Shown: one piece after another, positions 8,442 to 15,952 of the stretch
Layout of the letters: the number at the start of each line of letters is the position of its first letter
Numbering within the stretch: position 1 is the first letter of the stretch
Origin: an uncultured Chloroflexia bacterium
GTDB taxonomy: Bacteria > Chloroflexota > Limnocylindria > QHBO01
Reading direction: 5' to 3'
Length of the DNA: 64,000 nucleotides
Assembly: GCA_963787025.1 (NCBI GenBank)
Contig: CAWBBG010000015.1
Coordinates: 32,990 to 96,989, forward strand
Notes under the pieces: generated by a model
Told to the model about the DNA's origin: nothing
Databases searched by the model: none
The model's input: only the letters and a program-made list of their open reading frames with translations
Made by a program: the position numbers and the translations under genes

Positions 8442-9503
8442 CTAGATGGCGCGCCGGCCGCGACGGCGGCTTCGCCGGTAGGCGAGGACATCGCGCTTCG
8501 TCGAGTACCAGCGACCGTTCTGGTGAGTCGCGCGGAGTCGGCCCGACTGCGCGGCTCTGCGCAGGGCCAGCGGGCTGAGGTCCCGCTCAGCCAGGGCTGA
8601 CAACGGCAGCAGCCGATGCGGGCCGGCGAGGGCCGGCAACAGGAAGCGGTCCAGCCCGTCCTTGACTGCGCGCGCCACGAGCTCCGCGAGGGACCCGCTG
8701 TTACCGCGATCGGCCCGGCGGAGTGCGGCCAGGTACTTCGCGCGGTCCCGCTTGTAGATCAGGGCGGGCGCGTAGCCTCGCCGCACGAGGAGCAGGTTGA
8801 GGGCGAGGCGACCTGCACGCCCATTCCCATCGCGGAACGGATGGATCTGCTCGAAGCGAGCATGGAGCGTAGCCAGGTGCTCCATGAGGTGCTGTCCGCT
8901 GCGGGGTGCCGCATTCGCGTCCCGGATCCAGTCGCTCATGAGCGCGTGGACGTCGGTGAATGGTGGTGGCTTCATCCCGCCGGCAAAGGCGCCGATGTCG
9001 TGCAGGCGGAATGACCCTGGCCCTTCCCCGGCGATGAGCTGTTCAGGAGGCTTCACTTTCCATACCGCCTCGACCAGGGTTCGGTGGATCTGTCGCAGCT
9101 CGGTCAGCGTGATGTGGTCGCTGGGTACCCAGGCCACCGCCTTAGTTGCCTGCTCGTATACCCATTCAGCGGCTTCTGCATAGCCCTGGACCTCGAGATA
9201 CTGCGCGAGCTCTTCATCCCCGACTGCACGTCCTTCTTCGAGCAAGACCCGGACTTGTTTGAGCAGCAGGGTGTTGCCCTCGATCGCGGTAGAGTTGTGC
9301 GCCTCCTCGTACCAGATGCCCGTCCAGATATCGCGTGCCTCAAACGGTGCGGGCAGCCCGCCGATGCGGCGCATCTCCTCGATCTCGCGATCGACGGCGT
9401 CGAAGATGGCGGTGCGCGAGGGGCGGCCGCGCTGCGGCATCTCAATCGGCATGAGTTCGGTACATACCTCGCCGGATAATTGGACCGTACCGAATTCTAG
9501 CAC
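8442..9503 (-). CDS. Fic family protein (Fic motif HPFRDGNGRAGR) with N-terminal SxxxEG motif; start uncertain (9440-9503)
   Basis: ORF 8442..9503 (GTG). Motifs HNSTAIEGNTL and HPFRDGNGRAGR. Divergent from Fic-1 outside the motifs. Confidence 0.85.
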   Translation of the reverse strand: MLEFGTVQLSGEVCTELMPIEMPQRGRPSRTAIFDAVDREIEEMRRIGGLPAPFEARDIWTGIWYEEAHNSTAIEGNTLLLKQVRVLLEEGRAVGDEELAQYLEVQGYAEAAEWVYEQATKAVAWVPSDHITLTELRQIHRTLVEAVWKVKPPEQLIAGEGPGSFRLHDIGAFAGGMKPPPFTDVHALMSDWIRDANAAPRSGQHLMEHLATLHARFEQIHPFRDGNGRAGRLALNLLLVRRGYAPALIYKRDRAKYLAALRRADRGNSGSLAELVARAVKDGLDRFLLPALAGPHRLLPLSALAERDLSPLALRRAAQSGRLRATHQNGRWYSTKRDVLAYRRSRRRGRRAI

Positions 9504-9549
9504 GTGCTTCGGTACGATGACCTCACAAGAAACCCACCGTACCGAATTC
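9456..9549. promoter_or_regulatory. array of four GTACCGAA/TTCGGTAC motif copies at the 5' end of, and upstream of, Fic-2
   Basis: TTCGGTAC 9456-9463, CGTACCGAATTC 9486-9497, TTCGGTACG 9508-9516, CGTACCGAATTC 9538-9549. The central spacer contains GCACGTGC. Confidence 0.35.
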
Positions 9550-9596
9550 CTTCCCGCTGGCCGAACTGTGAGCTAGATCTGACCCCCAGACCATCC

Positions 9597-9768
9597 CGCT
9601 GTCCGAGCGCTGTGGCAGAATGGCTCGCGTGGTCTTCCGCTCGCTTTGAGCGTGAAGCGCGCGCCCGTAGCTCAGCGGACAGAGCGGGTGGCTTCGGACC
9701 AGAAACCCCGCCGCGGTGTGCCTCTCCTCGTGGGACGTCGACCATTTCGGACTGAGTTATCCGTTGTC
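9597..9768 (+). repeat. att-like repeat copy D (tRNA 5' half 9661-9701 with the A-to-G variant, arm 9702-9768)
   Basis: More diverged leader (GGTCTTCCGCTCGCTTTGAGCGTGAA). The tRNA half reads GAGCGGGTGG. Confidence 0.85.
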
Positions 9769-10264
9769 AACTGGATCCGGCCTACGCCGTCTTTGCGGGG
9801 ACCACCATCGCGTTCGCGGGCGCCCCCGGCCTTGACTCCACGTCTGGCTGGGCCGGTTCACCGGAGGCGACAAAGCCGGAATGTCAGTTCGCCTCCGAGG
9901 CCGACCATCGCTCGTGTCTGTGCCACGCCGCAGTCGCCGAAACCACGGTGAAGTTCCAGCCCGCCGTGGCGCGGCAGCAGGGCGCGAGCTGCGATACGCC
10001 GCGATGGTGCGGCGTAGAGGGCGAACTCTGGTGCGTCGAGCCGCGCCGCTTTCGGTCGGCTCCGGGTTGGCATCGGTGAGGCGGCAGAGCGAAGCTGAAC
10101 CCGTTGCCGGAACCGCCGCGCTCTCACCTCCGGCGAAAGAGGACATTCGGCTCTTGCGGCGTGCGCGAGCACGTCGTACACCGGTGCCCAGACCTTCGGG
10201 AGAAGCCACAGCGGCCCCAGGCCAAAGGCACTGAATCCGCCAGGAAGGCGGGGAGGGGGGGATC

Positions 10265-11581
10265 GTGTCTCGCTTCGTCAAGGCGTTCACCATGGCGGTT
10301 GTTGCGCTGCTTGTGGCTTCGCCAATCCGCGCCGGCGACGGCACGTCCGCAGACACCACGGTTTCGGATGAGTTGCTATCGGCGGCAGTCGGGATGAGAC
10401 AGGCGTTCGGCTTGTCGGCGGATGCCGACTACGTGCGTACTCTCATGGCATCCTCGGGCGATGTGGGGACCCTAGTCTGGGGATTCCCACTCACAGCCGA
10501 GGAGATGCAGAGCCTGGACTTGCAGGGTCGGACCGCCTTCCAGGTGAATTCGCAGGCGGTCCAGGAGTACGCGAGCTCGTTGCCGGGGTTTGGCGGGGCA
10601 TATTTCGACCAAGTCGAAGGAGGCCAGCTTGTCCTCCAATTCACCGCACTGACGGCCGCCGACATGGCGCGCATCTCGCAGCTCGCCGCGACCGACGGCC
10701 CGACGACACGCGTTGAGATCGTGCGCTACTCCTTCGCGGCGCTGCAAGCTGCGATGTCCGCCGCCCAATCCGTGATCCAGGCCGTCGCCCCGTCGATTGA
10801 ACTGGAAAGCGTCGGCATTCGTGAGCCGGAGAATGGGCTGGCCGCCAAGGTCCTTGGATCGGCAGTTTCGATGAGCCAGCTGGAGTCCGCGGTGGCCGCA
10901 CAGCTCAGCGTCCCGATCAGGATCGAGGTTGCCTCAGGTCCACTCGTGCCGGGCTCATGCTCTTCCCGCGATGGGCTCTGCCAGCCCGAGAGGGGAGGGG
11001 TCTGGGCAGGAACGACGGTCGAGGGATGCACCTTCGGTTTCGTGGTCGTCAACGGTTCCGATAAGCAGTTCGTTACTGCGGGCCATTGCGGGAGTGCCTC
11101 TGCTTGGTATCAGCCCTATCCGCACGTTCACCTGCTTGGCTCGCTGCAATCGCAACTCTATCCAGGCACGCACATCGACATGGAGCGCGTCCAACTCCCT
11201 GACACCGATGCATCTAGGTACATCTTTGGCGAAGGCTCGACGTTGATCTACGGCAAGCGGATTCCGTCAACCGGCGCGCTCGTCTACGGATCCTTGGGCC
11301 ACTCCAACGCCGTCCGCTCAGGGACGGTGTACGCGGCCTACGGCAGCTACTACGTGAATGGCTACCAGCTAAACGGGGCAAACGTACATAACCTTGTGAC
11401 TCAAGGCGGTGACAGCGGGTCCCCCCTGTATTACCGCGAGAGTGTCCTCCCGTCTGGATACCAGCTCTATGCGACTGCGACGTACAGCGCTGGCCAAAGC
11501 GGTGGTGGAGAGGCCGACAGGTGGTGGGCGCGAGTCAACGATGCGCTGCTCCAATGGTCAGGTTGGGACATCTACCATTAG
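10265..11581 (+). CDS. secreted S1-family serine protease (alpha-lytic protease/streptogrisin-like) with long pro-region
   Basis: GTG start after a G-rich RBS. Signal-like MAVVALLVASPIRA. Catalytic motifs TAGHCG and GGDSGSPLYY. Confidence 0.85.
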   Translation: MSRFVKAFTMAVVALLVASPIRAGDGTSADTTVSDELLSAAVGMRQAFGLSADADYVRTLMASSGDVGTLVWGFPLTAEEMQSLDLQGRTAFQVNSQAVQEYASSLPGFGGAYFDQVEGGQLVLQFTALTAADMARISQLAATDGPTTRVEIVRYSFAALQAAMSAAQSVIQAVAPSIELESVGIREPENGLAAKVLGSAVSMSQLESAVAAQLSVPIRIEVASGPLVPGSCSSRDGLCQPERGGVWAGTTVEGCTFGFVVVNGSDKQFVTAGHCGSASAWYQPYPHVHLLGSLQSQLYPGTHIDMERVQLPDTDASRYIFGEGSTLIYGKRIPSTGALVYGSLGHSNAVRSGTVYAAYGSYYVNGYQLNGANVHNLVTQGGDSGSPLYYRESVLPSGYQLYATATYSAGQSGGGEADRWWARVNDALLQWSGWDIYH

Positions 11582-11652
11582 TGATCGCCTCTGGAGTTTC
11601 GAGAATGCCGCGTGAGTCCCTGCCTGGCGCGGGCCGAAAGGAATCCAGCGGA

Positions 11653-12102
11653 ATGATGACCCTACGACAGCTACGCATCGCCGCATGTGCGACGCTGATC
11701 GCCACCAACCTCGCTGCATGTAGCACTGCGTCACCCACCCCGCAGCCTGCCCCTGCCCGGTCCCCCGCGCCACTCCCGTCCGGCGCCACTGCTCTGACCC
11801 TGCCCACCGCGGCGCCGGAGGCCGTCATTCCGGTGCACTGGGCCTGCCCGGGGAACACGGTTCAGCCCTCAAAGGTCGTCCGCCACGGAGAGGCCGTGGT
11901 CTTCATCCTCCAGACCACCGGCCAACCCATCGACCTCGTGTGGCCGCGCGGCTTCTCCGCGCGACTTCTGAACGACAGGGCCGAGGTGGTGGCTCCGGAC
12001 GGAACGGTCGTGCTCCGGGAGGGAGACGTCTTCTCCGACATCATCAGTGGCGTGCCGGACATCTGCGAGGTGAAGGGCGTGGGCTACCCGCCAGCGTCGT
12101 AG
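11653..12102 (+). CDS. lipoprotein (lipobox LAAC), paralogue of the 15478-15918 lipoprotein
   Basis: MMTLRQLRIAACATLIATNLAAC. Shared motif LVWPRGFSA..VVAPDGTVVLREGDVF, compared with LVIWPAGSDYA..VLLPGGQVISEGDPL in the paralogue. Confidence 0.6.
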   Translation: MMTLRQLRIAACATLIATNLAACSTASPTPQPAPARSPAPLPSGATALTLPTAAPEAVIPVHWACPGNTVQPSKVVRHGEAVVFILQTTGQPIDLVWPRGFSARLLNDRAEVVAPDGTVVLREGDVFSDIISGVPDICEVKGVGYPPAS

Positions 12103-12459
12103 CGGGGCCCTGGCCGATGCCGGATACCCGCCGACCAAACATGCCAGGGTGGCGGGCCTGGCAGGTGATGGAGAGCAAAGCCCGCACCCAAATTCCACCA
12201 CGTCGCGTGAGGAGCGGAGAACCTGTTAGCGGTCGGCCTCGAGTAGCAGCAGCGAAAACGCGATTCCGCCGCTGAAGCCCGAAGGCGCGTCGTCGAACGT
12301 CGGGTCCTCGCGACGCTAGCTCCTCCTCCGCGTCAGCCTGACGTGCACCAAGACGTACACACTTTCCATTGCTTTTTGCATCCGTGGCGGCGTAGCGTCT
12401 ACACATGCCCTGGACCTCTCGTAAACCAACCGCAAACGCCGCAGCCCACCTGAGAGACC

Positions 12460-12996
12460 TCACTGCCCTGGCTCGGCCAGAATGCCCTGGTTGGGCCCAC
12501 GGCTGACTGCCCTGTCACATGAGGCGAGCGGTCCCTCGCAGGCGGCCAGGATGCGGCGCAGCTCGTCATCGGTCAGGATCGGTGGCGCGTGCTCGGGCAC
12601 CTTCGGCTTGTGCATGCGGGCCATGGGGTTGTCGCCCAGCTCAGCCTCGTCGACCAGCCACACAAAGAACGGGCGGATCCCCGAGCGATTGGCCGCGGTG
12701 GCCCGCGTCCAGTGCGCCAGCTGGTCCTCCATGAACGATTCGAGGTGTTCGCGGCGAATGGCGGCCACATCGGTCGGCATGCCACGCGCCTCGAGGAATT
12801 CAGCCAGCCTGCCGAGCGAGGCGAGATAGGTGCGCTGGGTGGCGAGTGAGAGGTTCTCGGCGCGCAGATGCCGCGCGAAGCTCGCCACGTTGGCGCCGAG
12901 GTCGCCGCGGGGTACCATGACCGGACTGGAGGGGGCTGACTGCATCCTGAGACGGCTCTGACGGGTTTCCGAAGACGCGTCGAATTTTCCGCTCAT
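12460..12996 (-). pseudogene. truncated tyrosine integrase (N-terminal SAM-like domain only)
   Basis: The first ~155 aa are identical to the integrase at 23863-24858, up to ILAACEGP. The sequence then becomes unrelated and stops. No catalytic R..HxxR..Y region. Confidence 0.85.
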
Positions 12997-13091
12997 AGCG
13001 CTGTAGTCAATGCCGAATCTGGTTTTCCGCTCTCTTTGAGCGTGAAACGCGCGCCCGTAGCTCAGCGGACAGAGCGGGTGGCTTCGGACCA
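12533..13091 (+). repeat. 559-bp direct repeat, copy 1 (partner 24395-24953), one mismatch (13078 G vs 24940 A)
   Basis: Base-by-base comparison of the two stretches. Identical sub-ORFs appear in the track (12573..12785 and 24435..24647). Confidence 0.9.
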
Positions 13092-13158
13092 GAAACCCGA
13101 CTGCGGTGTGCTCGCCCTCGTGAAGCGGCGACCATTTCGCGCCGAGTTATCCGCTGTC
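12999..13158 (+). repeat. att-like repeat copy E (tRNA 5' half 13051-13091 with the G variant, arm 13092-13158)
   Basis: Leader identical to that of the intact tRNA copy. Arm GAAACCCGACTGCGGTGTGCTCGCC..CCATTTCGCGCCGAGTTATCCGCTGTC. Confidence 0.9.
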
Positions 13159-13282
13159 CCGTCAGCCAGCCCAGGGTGCCAAGGTACGGCAAGGGCTCGG
13201 CTCGCAAGTACCGCCCGAGAACTCCGCGGCTGCCATTTATGACCACTTCCCCGACTTCCCTCGCCCGCCCCTGATTACGGAG

Positions 13283-13453
13283 ATGAAAGGGCCGGTGCGA
13301 GTTGTGGCATTCTCTGGACCGCGAGACGGTGTGCCCCTCCTGGTCGCTCCCGGCGCCACTGCACCTCCCATGGTGAACGTGGTCTGTGTTGTTGATCCGA
13401 ACGGGGAGGAGTGGTACTTCACAGACGTCCCGCTCGATTCTTACCGACCATAG
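13283..13453 (+). CDS. small hypothetical protein (56 aa)
   Basis: ATG preceded by GGAG. MKGPVRVVAFSGPRDGVPLLVAPG..VVCVVDPNGEEWYFTDVPL. Not in the track because it is shorter than 60 aa. Confidence 0.3.
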   Translation: MKGPVRVVAFSGPRDGVPLLVAPGATAPPMVNVVCVVDPNGEEWYFTDVPLDSYRP

Positions 13454-14032
13454 CTACGGCACCATCCCAGAGATATCGACTCCGGTGAAGACGTAGGCCT
13501 CGCCGGAAACCGGAGCCCCCAGCCAGACGCAGAGATCCCGCTCCTGGCCGTTGGCCGGCATGATTGTGGACGGCGGGTGGAATCCGAGCTGAGGCTGGAT
13601 CGGCCCCTGCCATGTGTCTTGGAACACAACCACGAACGTTGGCTGACCAGCGTCCGGAAGACTGAGCCGCGCATTCGGAAAGTGCGCGGCGAAGCCAACG
13701 CCGGAAGACATTGAGAATGCAGCCAGGACGGGTTGAGTATCGCCGTAGCATTCGCTGAAGCGAGGGTCGGCAGAGTCGATTGGGTACCCAGCGCTCCCTC
13801 CGTGCGGCTGCCCCGGTCCGAGAAGTCCCAGAAGAGAATCTCGCCCAACCGCTAAGGCCATGATCAATATGGCCACCGTCACAAACGCCGTGACAGCGAA
13901 CCTTCTCCTCCGCGTACGCTCCCGATCCGGCAAATTGGCCGCAAACTGCCGAAGTGATTCGAGGGCGGCATCGTCTGGTTGGTCGACATCGTGCAGTACG
14001 TGCTCGACAAGATCCTCAAATCGCTCTGTCAT
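13454..14032 (-). CDS. putative anti-sigma factor (single TM, extracytoplasmic C-terminal domain)
   Basis: ATGA overlap with the ECF sigma gene. Central TM FAVTAFVTVAILIMALAV. Confidence 0.55.
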   Translation of the reverse strand: MTERFEDLVEHVLHDVDQPDDAALESLRQFAANLPDRERTRRRRFAVTAFVTVAILIMALAVGRDSLLGLLGPGQPHGGSAGYPIDSADPRFSECYGDTQPVLAAFSMSSGVGFAAHFPNARLSLPDAGQPTFVVVFQDTWQGPIQPQLGFHPPSTIMPANGQERDLCVWLGAPVSGEAYVFTGVDISGMVP

Positions 14033-14565
14033 CTCCGCTCCTCTGCGTCGTAGGCTGCCCTCAGCCGCTGCATTGCGCTCGAGAGTCGTGACTTGACGGT
14101 TCCTTCAGGTATGGACAGCAGATGCCCCGACGCCGCCTGGGTAAGCCCGAGGTAGTAGCGAGCAACGATGACGGCTCGGTCCTTAGTGCTCAGGGCAGAG
14201 AGAGCTCTCCGTAGAGTGCTGTGGGCTACGATTCTGTCGAGATCGACATCGGCCATGTGTATCCAAGCGTCCTCGATTGGTGCCCTCGCTCGTTTTCCCC
14301 TCGTGGCCTTCACTGCGGCCCGAGACACATGGCGAAAGAACCACGCTCGGAAGGCATCCGGCTCGCGGAGCTTTGGCAGGTCCCGCCAAGTGGACAACAG
14401 AGCATCCTGGACTGCATCCGCTGGATCGCATCGGCCAGCAGAAATGAGTCGCGCGATTGACCAGGCCTGAGCGAGGTGAGGCTCGACAAGGTCGGCAAAG
14501 GCACCGCCGTCGCCCAAGATTGAACGCCCCACCAGCGATGGCTGGTCCGACACGATGTTCTCCAC
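14029..14565 (-). CDS. ECF (sigma-70 family, group 4) RNA polymerase sigma factor
   Basis: Region 2-like DAVQDALLSTWRDLPKLREPDAFRAWFF. Region 4 HTH LSTKDRAVIVARYYLGLTQAASGHLLSIPEGTVKSRL. Many non-GC third positions. Confidence 0.8.
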   Translation of the reverse strand: MENIVSDQPSLVGRSILGDGGAFADLVEPHLAQAWSIARLISAGRCDPADAVQDALLSTWRDLPKLREPDAFRAWFFRHVSRAAVKATRGKRARAPIEDAWIHMADVDLDRIVAHSTLRRALSALSTKDRAVIVARYYLGLTQAASGHLLSIPEGTVKSRLSSAMQRLRAAYDAEERR

Positions 14566-14785
14566 GTACTTAGGTTCCTAGCAAGCGCACTTTCGTTCGG
14601 AATCCAATCGGCGTCCAGCGTCTCCGGTGCTGCCCGTGTCGCCTCAGACCAGGGATGTCCGTGTGTAATGGCCGGCTCTGAGCCCATCGAGGGTAAAGGC
14701 GAACTGCCTGCCGGCCGCCGGCCAACGCTTGATCGCCCCGGTCGACGCCGCTGCGCCGGCACCGGAGACCGAGCCGGTCGAGCCC

Positions 14786-14922
14786 GACGAGCAGCGAGCC
14801 GCGGTGGTCAACACCACCATCGAGGAGCTGGCCCGGGAGGGGGCCCGACGCATGCTGGAGCGCGCCCTGGCGGTCGAGGTCGACGAGTTCCTGGGCGGTC
14901 GCCGATACGAGCACCGCCTCTT
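14786..14922 (+). pseudogene. IS256-family transposase N-terminal fragment (remnant)
   Basis: DEQRAAVVNTTIEELAREGARRMLERALAVEVDEFLGGRRYE matches residues of the 17585-18805 transposase. The homology is lost after about 14922. Confidence 0.7.
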
Positions 14923-15477
14923 GGATGCTCCCGCGCCCACGATCAGCAACCGCACGCGTGGCTCAAGCGTGGTGGTTGTCGCCACCGTCGTGGACATCGG
15001 CTCAGCGCGCTCGGCGGTATGGCAGATTGCTTCACATTCCTTGTGGACGGCGCGCCCAAGCTGATCGTGTTCTTCCTGGGTCCCAGCCGAGCGGAGAGCG
15101 GTGCCGATGAGCCAGAGTGGAGCGGTCCAGACACCACTCGACGGTTCGCTGTCGATTCCGGCCTTCTCAACAGCGGTGACAGCAGCCACCAACTGAGAAC
15201 CAGGGCCGCCGTCCAAACCGCGCGACTGGACGCTTGGCGACACTGTCCCGCTTCCTAGGCAAACGCTGCCCATCGGCGAGTTGGGGTCCGAAACGCAGCT
15301 CGCCGACGATATGGCTGCGATCCGTCGACCGTGGCTGCGGCCATCTGACCGGCATCCATCGTCACGATCGCCTCAGCGCGAAGGCGACAGTCGTCGCCGA
15401 AGGGCCTGCAGCCAAACCACCGAAGTCAGGCGAGCACTGCTGTGCCCAACAGTCGGGATCGATGGAGACCCCGGACC

Positions 15478-15918
15478 TCAGGAACCTCGGTCGGCCGTGT
15501 CGATGACGATCACCTCAGAGGCGTTAGGCGCGCAACCGCGGATCGCATAGGCCAACGAGCTGTCCCGGTTGGCGAGCAGAGGTTCCGTCGGCGTTAACGC
15601 TCCGGTACCGACCAGCGGGTCTCCCTCGGAGATTACCTGCCCGCCGGGCAGCAGAACACCCTGCGGCCTGTCGCCCAGGTCCGCGTAGTCCGAGCCGGCG
15701 GGCCAGATGACCAGATAGGTCTCGCCATCGAGCGCGATATTCAGGCACCCGAAATCCGAGACCTCTAGCACGCCGCTGATCTCTCGGCGATCTCCAGGAT
15801 ACGTCTCTCCAGCGTGCTGCCTGGGCAGAGGCATGCCGCCCTCACCGATCCAGCATCCACTCAGGAGCAGGGCGAGCCCAGAGGCCACTATCGTGCGGCT
15901 CACGGTCAAGAACCTCAA
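15478..15918 (-). CDS. lipoprotein (lipobox LLSGC), paralogue of 11653-12102
   Basis: MRFLTVSRTIVASGLALLLSGC, plus the WP.G...EGD motif shared with the unit-4 lipoprotein. Confidence 0.65.
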   Translation of the reverse strand: MRFLTVSRTIVASGLALLLSGCWIGEGGMPLPRQHAGETYPGDRREISGVLEVSDFGCLNIALDGETYLVIWPAGSDYADLGDRPQGVLLPGGQVISEGDPLVGTGALTPTEPLLANRDSSLAYAIRGCAPNASEVIVIDTADRGS

Positions 15919-15952
15919 CCTTCGGCCCTAATGCTCGCGGGTCGCTCCGCCC

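Larger units (their letters stand above)
8330..9701 (+). mobile_element. island unit 3 (arm, Fic gene, leader plus tRNA 5' half); no integrase
   Basis: Bounded by the junctions of repeat copies C and D. Confidence 0.5.
9702..13091 (+). mobile_element. island unit 4 (arm, unassigned 0.5 kb, S1 protease, lipoprotein, regulatory remnant, truncated integrase, tRNA 5' half)
   Basis: Bounded by the junctions of repeat copies D and E. The integrase lacks its catalytic domain. Confidence 0.55.
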
